Assembly: GCF_004010195.1 (NCBI RefSeq)
Contig: NC_057728.1
Span: 49,937,308-49,988,390, forward strand
Direction of reading: 5' to 3'
Length of the DNA: 51,083 nucleotides
Source of the DNA: Chiloscyllium plagiosum
Taxonomy: Eukaryota
Of this stretch, positions 1-10,939 are shown piece by piece (position 1 is the stretch's first letter; the number at the start of each line of letters is the position of its first letter). The notes under the pieces are model-generated. The model saw only the letters and a list, made by a program, of their open reading frames with translations, ran no database searches and was not told the origin of the DNA. The position numbers and the translations under genes are program-made.

Positions 1-72
1 AGTAGCAGTGCAAAGACGATGGGCTGAATGATATCCTTCTGCACCATAACAACTCTTTGATTCAATGATTCT
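1..72 (+). mobile_element. CR1 LINE 3' tail remnant
   Basis: gatgggctgaatg...ttctgcaccataac...tgattcaatgattct resembles the CR1 3' ends seen elsewhere in the window. Confidence 0.5.
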
Positions 73-97
73 CTGACCATCCAAATAAATACTGTGG

Positions 98-215
98 GGG
101 CTCTTGTGTCACAGTAATAGTGTCCCTGTCTATAAACTAGGAGGTCTGTGTTCAAGTCCAACCTGCTCCAGAGGTGTGCAAGAACAATGCTAAACAGGCT
201 AATCTGGAAACTGTC
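98..215 (+). mobile_element. tRNA-derived SINE 5' head (degenerate)
   Basis: Box A-like tgtcacagtaatag and box B-like gttcaagtcc at tRNA-like spacing. Confidence 0.5.
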
Positions 216-224
216 TATAAATAC

Positions 225-835
225 AGTGAACAGCTTAGAGGCTAGGAATTCTGTAGCGAGTAAATTGTATCCTAACTCCCCAAAGTCTGCCCATGATCTA
301 CAAGGTGCAAATCAGTATTGTGATGGAATACTCTCCAATTGCCTGGATGGGTGGAGCTCCAACAGCACTCAAGAAGCTTGACACCGTCCAGGACAAAAGC
401 AGCCCGCTTGATCGGTACCAAGTGCCACCTTTAGCATTCTCTCCCTCTGCCGCATAGTGTGTACTATTTAAAAGATCCACTGCATTAATGCAGCAAACCC
501 CTTTGATTGCCTCTCCTAAACCTGCAAAATCTATCATGTAGGATGACCAGCAAAGAAGATACATAGGAGCAACACATTCTGCACATACCCTTTTCAGCTG
601 TACACCATCCTGACATGGGAACATGTGACCTTCCGTTTCTCCAGAATTGTTGGGTCAAAATCATAGAACTTCACACCCCCACCTCCCACCAGAGGACCGT
701 GGGTCTACCCACACCAAGTCAACTCCAGCGGTTCAAGAAAGGAGTTTACCACCATCTTCATCAGGGCAATTTGGAACGGGCAGCTATTTCTGGTCGAGCC
801 AGCAATGCCCACAGCCTGAGAACAAATTCAAAACA
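225..835 (+). mobile_element. CR1/L2-group non-LTR retrotransposon 3' fragment (same family as 14035-15280 and 17820-18110)
   Basis: Decayed RT C-terminal coding (VMEYSPIAWMGGAPTALKKLDTVQDK), then ggttcaagaaaggagtttaccaccatcttcatcagggcaatt and the family 3' tail. Confidence 0.75.
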
Positions 836-847
836 AATGTGGTTTCA

Positions 848-1243
848 AAATCATAGAATCCTTACAGTGTGGAAGCAGGCCATTCAGCCCATTGAGTCCA
901 CACCCACCCTCCAAAGAACATCCCACCCAGATCTACATCCTATCCTACCCCTTTAACCTACATTTCCCATGGCTAATCTACCTAGTCTGCCCATCCCTGG
1001 GCAATTTAGCATGGCCAATCCCCCCTAATCTGCACATCTTTGGACTGTGGGGGGAAACCAGAGCACCTGGAGGAAACCCATGCAGACACTGGGAAAATGT
1101 GAGCAAACTTTGGGGAGTCAGGAGGCAATTTATTCGCTACAGAATTCCTAGCCACTGGGAGAATGTGCAAACAATTGCCCGAAAGTAGAATCGAACACAG
1201 GTCCCAGGTGCTGTGAGGCAGCAGTGTTAACCACTGGGTCACT
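848..1243 (-). mobile_element. HE1-type V-SINE with an internal 55-bp foreign insertion
   Basis: The reverse complement shows the tRNA head (cagtggttaacactgctgcctcacagc), the V-domain (gggtttcctccaggtgctctggtttcc...agtccaaagatgtgcag) and a CR1-type tail (cactgtaaggattctatga). Confidence 0.9.
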
Positions 1244-1284
1244 CCAAAGTGTTTTGAACAATTATATAGTCTCGATAAATGAGA

Positions 1285-1530
1285 TGACAGTGGGGAGAAT
1301 TCAAATTCAATGAATAAATCTGAAGCTTTCTTGGCAATGGTAACCCTAACAATCATCAATTGGCATTGAAGGAGATCTGCCATTTCTACTCATACCCACA
1401 GCAATGTGGTGAACACTTAACTGCCCTCTGAAATGGCCAAGTAGGGCACTCAGTTTCAGGGGTAATTAGGGATGGCAATGCATGTGGCTTTGCCAGTGTC
1501 CACATCCCATGAAAGAATGAAAAATAAAAG
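1285..1530 (+). mobile_element. SINE 3' half sharing the tail of the 225-835 LINE family
   Basis: cttaactgccctctgaaatggcc...cactcagtt..agggtaattagggatggc...gccagtgtccacatcccatgaaagaatgaaaaa. Confidence 0.6.
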
Positions 1531-2005
1531 TTGTGATAAAAGAATCACCAATTCCCAGAGCACTCACTACGAGTTTCACAATAGTTATGAAAGATATAAT
1601 GTCAGGGGCCCGACATCACTCTGTCTGTTATGTTATTACTCAATGAATATTTCACAAAATCTTTTTATCCCCAAGCTGCATTCAAGCGCCATTTCTTTTC
1701 AATCTCATGTGAGGTTTATTTGGAAATATTTATGGAGCACAAAACGTGTTTTCTGTTTTCTTTCTGCATGAAATTCACTCAGTGACACGCCATCGTGAAT
1801 TGTACGCTGAATGGAAAAAGGTAGAGAGACTGGACTGGAGTGTGGGGGTTGGGAGAGTGTCAATGCAGGGCACCCTCACTAGAAATGCACCAGGGGCTTG
1901 AAAGCGGCTGAGCAAGCCACTCAGTTCAAGGGGCAATCAGGGATAGGCCTATGCCAGCCTAACCAGTGACACCCATGTCCTGCTAAAAGAATAAAGGAAA
2001 TGAAT

Positions 2006-2343
2006 TCATAGAATCCCTACAGTGTGGAAACAGGCCCTTCGGCCCAACAAGTCCACACTGACCCTCCGTAGAGTAACCCACCTGGACCCACTCCCCTACC
2101 CTATTATTCTACATTTACCCCTGACGAAGGCACCTAGCCTATACATCCCTGAACACTATGGGCCAATTCACCTGACCTGCACACCTTTGGGTTGTGGGAG
2201 GAAACCGGAGCACACAGAGGAAACCCATGCAGACATGGGAGAATGTGCAAGCTCCACCCAGACAGTCACCCAAGGGTAGAATTGAATCTAGTTCCTTGAT
2301 GCTGTGAGGCAGCAGTGTAGCCACCGAGCCACCATGTCACCCA
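2006..2343 (-). mobile_element. HE1-type V-SINE, near full length
   Basis: Same head, V-domain and tail as 848-1243. Confidence 0.9.
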
Positions 2344-3929
2344 TAGCTAGCTTAGCAGCTTTGAACTTGGGCCAAGCAGAACCATTCATTATAATTGTTT
2401 GGTTTTGTTTAAAGGACTGTGGGGGCGTGTATTAGTTATTGAGTAAGATATTTCAGGATAACCTGCTCTATGTCTGGAATAAATTGTTCCTGGAAGTGAT
2501 GTGGGCAGATTTAGTGATTTGACAGGAAGTGTAGCTACACGAACAGGTCAGAGGCTGGGAGTTCTGTAATGAGTAGAAGGTTGAGGATCTATTAACCTGG
2601 GCCCAGGGAGGCTGTGACAGGCTGTGGTGGTTGCACCTATTGTATCTCTGAGCCTGCAGCACACCTGCATTGATTTTCTTTGGTCTTTCATGGAATGTGA
2701 ATGTCACTGGCATAGTCAATATTTGTTACTCATCCCTAATTGCCCTTTGAGGGCAGACAAGAGTCAACTGCATTGGTATGCATCTGGAGTCACATGCAAA
2801 TGGCGGATTTCCTAGAGTCGTAGAAGGTTACGGCATGGAAAGTGGCCCTTCAACCCATCTCATCCATGCTAGTCATCAATCACCTATCCACTTCAGTCAA
2901 ATTTTGCGGCATCCCCCCATAGCCTTGGATATTATGGCATTTCACTTTTTACATCTCAGTGCTTCTTACGTGACAGAGTCTCTTCACCAGTACTGTCCTG
3001 TTTCTCTCTTTCTCAGTCCTTGAGGCTTCTCTAGTTGCGCTGCTGCCCGGTTATGGGTTTTTAAGTAAGCAACTCAGAAGGGGAAGGTGGGGAGGAGTGA
3101 AATGCAAAATGGGAGGTCCACGGTCAAGAGCTCGACATTACATCAGACGACTAGACTTGAATGAATCGAGAGTTGGGAAGGGGCATGTTGATGTTTTTGG
3201 CAAGACTGGAAACCATAGGCTTTGTCACAGCCAATCACGTAATACAGACAGCCTTGACTTCAAACAGGATCAGAAAATGCAAGGCCCCTTGCTCCCACCA
3301 CATTCCCACTCCCACCACACAAAGGTTAGTTATGGCCTTTTTATGTTGGTTTCCTTGTTCTGTAGGAGGGAGGGCAGAATGTCAGTAACGGTGTTGGTTA
3401 GGTGCTGTCTCTCCCCATTTATCTGATTGTACCATTGAACTGAGTGACACTTACCAAAGCTGAATAGCTGGTGGTGGTTACGTGGAAACTGGGCACGGGA
3501 TTGGCACCTTAGTCACTGTGTTGGGACGGACTGGTCAATCTCAATTATAAACCTAGATCCAAAGTGCCATGGATTGATGCTGGGTGAGTGATGGCAACGT
3601 ATGATTAAATGGCGGAGTGGACTTGAGGTGCCAAATAGCCTTAATTCCACTCCTATGTCTTATGGTCTTATGGTGTATTGAACAATGTGAGTGGGGAGTG
3701 GGGTGGTAGGTACATGATTTCACGTAAGGATGCATTCACAGAACTTACCCATCCATGTGAGTCTTCTTGAATCAGGAATCCACCTGAGGAAAAAACCTCA
3801 GGAATTAACCTCACGGCCACCTATCGACCTCATTCCTTTCTCACCTGGTCTTCAAAAGCCTTTCAGAAGATCCAACTGCTGCATCACAGGCTGCTCAAAC
3901 TCTTGCTGAGCACTTCCATCATTCTCCAT

Positions 3930-4255
3930 GTTTTTGTTAATTCATGAGACATAAGAATCACTGGCAAGGCCAGCATTTATTGCCCATCCCTAATTGCTCA
4001 GAGGGCAGATAAGAATCAATCACATTGTTATTGGTCTGGAGTCACCTGTAGGCCAGACCAGGTAAGGATGGGAGTTTCCTTCCTTAAAGGACATTAGTGA
4101 ACTCAATGGGCTTTTCCAACAGTCATCAATGATTTCATGGTAATTGTTAGACTCTTCATTCCAGGTTTTTATTGAATTCAAATTCAACCATCTGTCATGG
4201 CAGGATTTGAACACAGGTCCCCAGAGTATGACCTGGGTCTCTGGACTAACAGTTC
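3930..4255 (-). mobile_element. tRNA-derived SINE with LINE-derived tail
   Basis: ggccagcatttattgcccatccctaattgc (tail, reverse complement) through ggatttgaacacaggtcccc (box B, reverse complement). A related fragment lies at about 2675-2812. Confidence 0.7.
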
Positions 4256-5707
4256 AGCTGTGCTTTGTGACTGGAGGGCAGGCCTTGGGGAGTCAAGAGG
4301 TGAGTTTCTCACTGCAGAATTCCCCTATCCAATGTGCTCAGACAGGTACAGTATTTACCCGGTCAGACCAGTTCACTTGCTGATGAATGCTGATCCCAAC
4401 TGGCAATGGTAATGCTCTTGAACGTAAAGAGCAGTTTTCCTGCAAACTGCACTCATGCAGCAGCTGAGATGCTCCACACGCACTCCATCCTCATTCGCAA
4501 TGTGCCTTCTGCTCTGGTTTCGAAATAAGGAGCAGAAATCCATGGAGGAACAACAAAAATTAGAGGGATCATTAGTCAAGAGGTGCTGGTAGGTTCGTTC
4601 TTGTTGGAGATGGTCACTGCTTAATCCTTGTGCAGAACAATTCCTAGCCCATGGAATCTCACAGCATTAAGGAAACCATTTGACCCATCATATTGGCTCT
4701 GAGCTCAAGCTATTCAATTTGTCCCATGGCCCCTGCTGTACCCCTAAGCTTTTTCCCCTTTCAGACATTGAGTAATATTAAAATATATTATTACAGCTCT
4801 GTATTATTTTTGCTATCTTTTTTGCGAGGTTCCCAGCATTGTAGGAGGCTGATTGCCTTGTAATAATTTGTCACATTGCGCGTTAAGCCAGCCCTGTAAT
4901 TACAGATTGTGAATGTAACACAGGGACCAGCTGTTCACAGAATTCTGCTCCATATTAATGATGCGGTGCAGAGGATGGAGAACATTATAATTAATTTAGT
5001 GAGTATTGTGAGACAAGGCAAATTGACTGCAAGAAACAAACATAGAAGGTTTTCTTTTACACACTTATGTGAAGATTAGCAGAAAGGTTCTCTTTCTCAC
5101 TCTTCATTAGAGATTTTTGCCTTAAAACTAGGGAAATAATTGCATAGAAATTTGGTTCATTGTGTCTATATGATGGAATGACAATGTATTCTTTCAAGTG
5201 ACAAGGGCTGTGTTTGGTCTGTTATGATAACAGGTTGGAACCCTGAAACATTACAGGCGTTTTTAGTTCTTTGTTCCAAACTGCTTCATATCTGCTGTTC
5301 CAAACGCAGTGGCTGACTGGCAAAAGTTCTGTGTGGGATTGATGGGAGGTAACACCTATGAGAAACATCCCATTTAACACTTGTTAAAGAAGCCTCAAGC
5401 TGATCCTCATAATCTCTTGTGATGACAAAGATAACAAGAAGCTGACAACCCTTTGCTTATGTCCCAAACTGTCGATATTTGGGTGTTTTTCCCTTTGAAC
5501 AAGACGCAGGAAGTGGGGGGGGGGGGGGGGGGGGGGGATTAAAAGCCAGTTTACACTCTACTGGAGTTTGCAAGTGGGACAGCACATTCTCATGTGTATC
5601 AACCCAGATACGAGCATTCGTGTTCTGTGAAGATCACAGATGAAGATCTTTCCCCAAGTCATTCCTGCGTTGCAAGTAAAGACAGTCTCTCAATCTATTG
5701 CATGAGC

Positions 5708-6231
5708 TTTATTGTCACCGATAGTCAAATGAGTACAGTCACCACATTACAGCGCTATCTCAGGTACAAAGGTACCTACGTACACATACTTAAGATCAAA
5801 TTCTTAGGAAACAAAAAAAAGTAAAGAGATAAATCATCCAGCATTATAAGCCAAAGAAACAAATTAGAAAAAAATCAGAAGTAAAATATTCGGATCATCA
5901 GTCTTCCCAACCGAGTCCATGCTGACACCCAGCCTCAATGTGACTTCCATCTGCCTCCTCACCAGCCAAACCAACAAGTGTAGGAGTTGCTTGACTCCAG
6001 GCACCATCTCTTTGCCATTGGGCCCACTTTGCTGAGGCTGCTGAACACACACTCACTCATGCCATAACCAAAAGCACCTGACTCTGCTACCAGGCCAGAC
6101 TGTTGTTGGGTCAATGGACCCGCTTTAGCTGCAGATGTCAACTTGTCGGCTCTACAGCCCCAAAGAGTCTGCTGGCACTGGCGTCGCAGTCCCTGATCAC
6201 AGGAGGAGCTTTGTTGCCACTGCCACTGACC
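5708..6231 (-). mobile_element. Putative non-autonomous retroelement 3' part ending in a Rex1-like tail
   Basis: The reverse complement ends ...actgtactcatttgactatcgGTGACAATAAA, matching the GTGACAATAAA end of the Rex1 LINE at 9071-9081. Confidence 0.45.
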
Positions 6232-7347
6232 CTGATCACCGGGAGAGTGACCTCACAGCGGACGGCACTGATCACCGGGAGAGTGACCTCACTGCGGACG
6301 GCACTTATCACCGGGAGAGTGACCTCACTGCAGCCGGCACTGATCACCGGGAGAGTGACCTCACTGCGGCCATCCCTGAACACCAGGAGAGTGACCTCAC
6401 TGCGGCTAGCACTGATCACCGGCAGAGTGACCTCACTGCAGCTGGCACTGATCACCGGGAGAGTGACCTCACTGTGACTGGTCCTGATCACCGGGATTGT
6501 ATCCTCACTGCGGCTAGCCCTGATCACTGGGAGAGTGACCTCACTGTGGCTAGCACTGATCACCGGGAGATTGACCTCACTGCAGATGGCCCTGATCACT
6601 GGGAGAGTGACCTCACTGTGGCTAGCCCTGATCACCGGGAGAGTGACCTCACTGCGGCTAGCCCTGATCACCGGGAGAGTGACCTCACTGCGGTTGGCCC
6701 TTATCACCGGGAGAGTGACCTCACTGCGGCTGGCCCTGATCACCGGGAGAGTGACCTCACTGCGGTTGGCCCTGATCACCGGGAGAGTGACCTCACTGCG
6801 GTTGGCCCTAATCACTGGGAGAGTGACCTCACTGCGGCTGGCCCTGATCACTGGGACAGTGACCTCACTGCAGCCGGCACTGATCACCGGGAGAGTGACC
6901 TCACTGCGGTTGGCCCTGATCACCGGGAGAGTGACCTCACTGCGGCTGGCCCTGATCACCGGGACAGTGACCTCACTGCAGCCGGCACTGATCACCGGGA
7001 GAGTGACCTCACTGCGGCTGGCATTGATCACCGGGAATGTGACCTCACTGCTGCCAGCCCTGATCACTGGGAGAGTGTCCTCACTGCGGCCGGCACTGAT
7101 CACCGGGAGAGTGACCTCACTGCGGCTGGCACTGATCACCGGGAGAGTGACCTCACTGCGGCCAGCCCTGATCACCGGGAGAGTGACCTCACTGCGGCCG
7201 GCACTGATCACCGGGAGAGTGACTTCACTGCGGCCGGCACTGATCACCAGGAGAGTGACCTCACTGCGGCTGGCACTGATCACCGGGAGAGTGACCTCAC
7301 TGCGGCCAGCACTGATCACCGGGAGAGTGACCTCACTGCCACTGTCC
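6232..7347. repeat. 36-bp GC-rich minisatellite, 31 indel-free units (ctgatcaccgggagagtgacctcactgcggctggca)
   Basis: Direct tandem repeat. It translates to 12-aa repeats (DHRESDLTAAGT) in ORF 6135-7385 and is also open in other frames. Confidence 0.97.
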
Positions 7348-7956
7348 CTGAACGCCGGGAGAAACATGTTGCTGCTGGTGTGTAGTAGAAGTCAGGCAGA
7401 TATCTTGCCAAACAAAAGGGACCCAGGTATAAAAGACAAGAGACCAAAGGACTCTCCCATCCTGAATGCTGGAACTCAATTCCAGTTAAAAGGAATCAGA
7501 ATAATACAATCTTAAATAATCAGCAGAACTGCAGGTTGTAAAACTGACTGTTTAATTACCAACAACAATACAACTGGCAACCTCCACAACAAGGTTCACC
7601 CTTGTTCACTGCACAAACAGGACATATACCTGTCTTCCTAAACTTTTATCTTTTTGGACTCGGCTCGTACTTCTAATCTGTGTGTATAAGTATCACATTA
7701 ATATCTCACTCTTGCAGTATTGCAGTAATTATAGAACTACTCCTGCTTAGCTGAAGGAGATTTGGCTAATTTGGCTCCTTTAATAGCACAAGTTCATTTG
7801 AATCTGGCAGACAATGGGAAGGGTCCTTTCCAAATTATATCAAAATTAGATTTCTCATGACCTAATGAGGGCATGGGTGAATAAATAAGTGGAACCAGTA
7901 GATTCATCCTTACCAGGAGCTTAACATTTTGGGTTTTTCCATCTGGTACTGTAATT

Positions 7957-9101
7957 TGCTCTTCACTCCTCCCTAGAACATCTTGACACCAGGAACAGTA
8001 TGTAAGAATCCTACTCATTGACTATAGTTCAGCCTTCAAAACTATCATCCCCTCAAGACTGATTACTAACCTTAGTGATCTTGGTCCAAGCTCCACTCTC
8101 TGCAACTGGATCCTCAGTTTCCTAACACACAGGCCACAATCTGTGAAGATTGGGGACAATATTTCAGCCTGACTAACACGCAACACTGGAGCCCCCAGGG
8201 GTGCCTCTTAATGTACTCACTGTATACCCATGACTGCATCGCCAAATACCAGACTATTGCCATTTATAAGTTTGCTGATGACACCATCATAGTCAGTCGA
8301 ATCTCAGATGGCGACAAAACAGACTACAGACGAGAGGTGGAAGACCTGGTAACATGGTGCACTGAGAACAACCTAGCTCTCAATGCCAGCAAAGCCAAGG
8401 AACTCATTATTGGCTTTCGGTGGGATGTTACTCATGTCCCCCTACACATTAACAGCACGGAGGTGGAATGAGTGGAGAGTGTCAAGCTCCTGGGAGTGGT
8501 CATCCACAACAAGCTTTCTTGAACTCTTCATGTGAATGCATTGGATACAAAGGCCCAACAACGTCTCTTCTTCCTCAGGCAGCTGAGGAGATTTGGCATG
8601 ACAGCGACTACTTTTGCCAACTTTTATAGGTGTGCCATCGAGAGCATTCTGTCTGGATATGTAACTACCTGGTATAACTGTACCATTCAAGGTTGGAGAT
8701 GGCTACAGAGAGTGGTGGACAATCACAAAGGCCAACCTCCCATCTATAGAATCCATCTACCAGGCCCACTGTCAAGGAAAGGCCGCCAGCATTCTCAAAG
8801 ATCCATCCCACCCTGGCAATGTTTTTCTACAACCTCTACCATTGGGGAGAAGGTACAGAAGCCTGAACACATGTACCAGCCAATTTTGCAACAGTTTCTA
8901 CCCTACTGTTGTTAGAATACTGAATGGACTCACAAACTCTTAACATTCACCTATACCTGTGTTTTTGTCTTTGCTGTTATTTACTTATTATTTACTTATC
9001 TATGCTAGTTAACTCTGTGATCTGCCTGTATTGCTTACAAGACAAAGCTTTTCACTGTGCCTAGGTACACGTGACAATAAATTCAATTCAATTCAGTTCA
9101 A
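7957..9101 (+). mobile_element. Rex1/Babar-type LINE, 5'-truncated RT pseudogene with (TTCAA)n tail
   Basis: [70 protein letters not shown]. Stops and frameshifts are present, and the tail is gtgacaataaattcaattca. Confidence 0.9.
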
Positions 9102-9220
9102 TTGAACTGAATTGTCACGTGTACCTAGAAATCTGCCAGTCTTACCCAGATTTCTTTCCTCTAAAGGGTATTAGTGAGCCAGATGGTTTTCACAACAATC
9201 AATAAGAGTTTTCTTGGTCA

Positions 9221-10082
9221 CCGGTATCCCATCACCAAGTCACCCTTTATTTCCACATGAACAGTCATCAAGTCAGAGAGAGCCATAGAGACGTACAGCA
9301 CAGAGACCTTTTAATACAATTCATCCATGCCAACCAGATATCCTATATAAATCTAGTCTCATTAGCCAGCATTTGGCCCATATCCCTCTAAACTTTTCCT
9401 ATTCGTGTACCCATCCAGATGCCTTTTAAATGTTGTAATTGTACCAGCCTCCATCACTTCCTCTGACAGCTCATTCCGTACACACACCATCTTCTGCATG
9501 CCTCTTAGGTTCCTTTTAAACCTTTCCACTCTCACCGAAAACCCTCTCACCTTATGCCTTCTAGTTTTAGACTCCCCTGCCCTGGAGAAAGGATCTTGGT
9601 CACTCACCCTACCTATGCCCCTCGTGATTTCATAAACCTCTATAAGATCACCCTTCAGTCTCCGACAGTCCAGGGAAAATTGTCCCAGCCTATTCAGCCT
9701 CTCCTGATAGCATAAGCCCTCCAACACTGGCAACATCCTTGTAAATCTTTTCTGCACCCTTTCAAGTTTAGCATTCTTCTTATAGCAGGGAGACCAGAAT
9801 TGAATGCAATATTCCAAATGTGGCCTAACCACTGACCTGTGTAGCCGCAACATGATCTCCCAACTCCGATATTCAATGCACTGACCAATAAAGGCATGTG
9901 TACCAAATGCCTTCTCTGATAGCCCTTGACTGTTGTACTGCCTTATACAGAATTAGGCACCTGAGTGCCAGTATCTCTGCCACTCAACAGTCTAATGTTA
10001 GCCAGGGCTCCCTGATTGGACCAGATTAACAACCTCAATCAGGGAAACCCATATTCTATGATGTCCAGCTGGCTGACCTTAT
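9221..10082 (-). mobile_element. Short LTR-like element (family of 20455-20680) split by a CR1 insertion
   Basis: 9995-10080 is the reverse complement of 20475-20560 (ccctgattgg...ccaatcaggg). 9221-9260 carries AATAAA on the minus strand. Confidence 0.55.
9283..9915 (-). mobile_element. CR1 LINE 3' fragment (ORF2 C-terminus plus UTR)
   Basis: ORF 9362-9853 reads VRPHLEYCIQFWSP...LERVQKRFTRMLP...RLKGDLIEVY...FKRHLD. Confidence 0.92.
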
Positions 10083-10217
10083 TACAATCATCAATAAGTT
10101 TCATTTTGAAAACAAAATTCCATCAGCTGCCACGATGGGATTTAGACCCCTGGCCTCACAGTATCAGCCTCTGGGTTAACAGTTCCAGTGACATCTCCAC
10201 TATATCTCCCCGACTAC

Positions 10218-10735
10218 AGTCTCTTCGTGGTATAATACCTTTAATATAGTGAAGCGTTCCAGGGAGCACCATGGTGAGCACCTCATCATGTGCAGAAATA
10301 TTAGGACGAGTGACCAAAAGGCTGGTCAAGGAGTTTGTATTTTTTTTTAAGGAGTGGTTCAGTGAGGAAGAGTGTGGTAGATTAGGATAGATTCCCTACA
10401 GTGTGGAAACAGGCCCTTCGGCCCAACAACTCCACACCAACCCTCCGAAGAGAAACCCACCCAGACCCAGGTGGTAGGTGGGTGAAGAGGTTGGAAGGCA
10501 GTTCCATGGGATTAGGCAGATCAATGTTCACCCATCAATGGTGTAGTCATTGAAATCGAAATGCTAAAGAGGCCAGAATTAAAAGATGGCAGAGATCTCA
10601 GAAGGTTGTGGAGCTGAACGGAATTGCAGAGACAAGGAGAAGTGAGACCTTGGAGGGGTTTGAAAAGAAGGATGAGCTATTTAAAATGGAGGCATTGCTG
10701 GATTGGGCATCAATGTAAATTAGCAAGCATGGTAC
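10218..10735 (-). mobile_element. Old L2-type LINE 3' fragment, interrupted by an HE1/CR1 tail piece (10378-10469)
   Basis: gaaatattaggacgagtgaccaaaaggctggtcaagg...aagaggccagaatt...ttggaggggtttgaaaagaaggatgag. Confidence 0.6.
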
Positions 10736-10939
10736 CAACTTACTAGCCCAAGTGAAATAGTAACGAGACTGCACGACACCAGAAGGAGTGGAGAGAGGTT
10801 ACACTGAAGCTCCAAAAGCTCTTGGTCCATCATTTAACAGGAGAGAGAGAGTAGGGAGGGAAGGTGGAGCAAAGAGGGGAGCAGGGCAAGGTGTGGTCAG
10901 GATCATGAGCAGGAATGGGACAGAGTCAAGGATGGGAAT

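Noticed and set aside
848..2343. tRNA genes at SINE heads
   Set aside because: The A/B-box sequences continue into SINE bodies and do not form complete cloverleaves.
4373..4579. Cys-rich minus-strand ORF behind a pyrimidine tract
   Set aside because: No recognisable domain or clear donor, and it is embedded between decayed LINE fragments.
5514..5537. Poly-G run as a functional G4 element
   Set aside because: Simple homopolymer of unreliable length, with no further support.
6232..7347. CRISPR-like array (36-bp repeats)
   Set aside because: Units are contiguous with no unique spacers, the context is eukaryotic and there are no cas genes.
5272..7980. Apparent LTR element with TGTTC...GAACA ends and a TCTT TSD
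   Set aside because: The right 'end' lies inside continuous Rex1 coding sequence (LHSSLEHLD), so the match is coincidental. The flanks 5300-5700 and 7390-7950 may still be LTR-like, but I cannot bound them.
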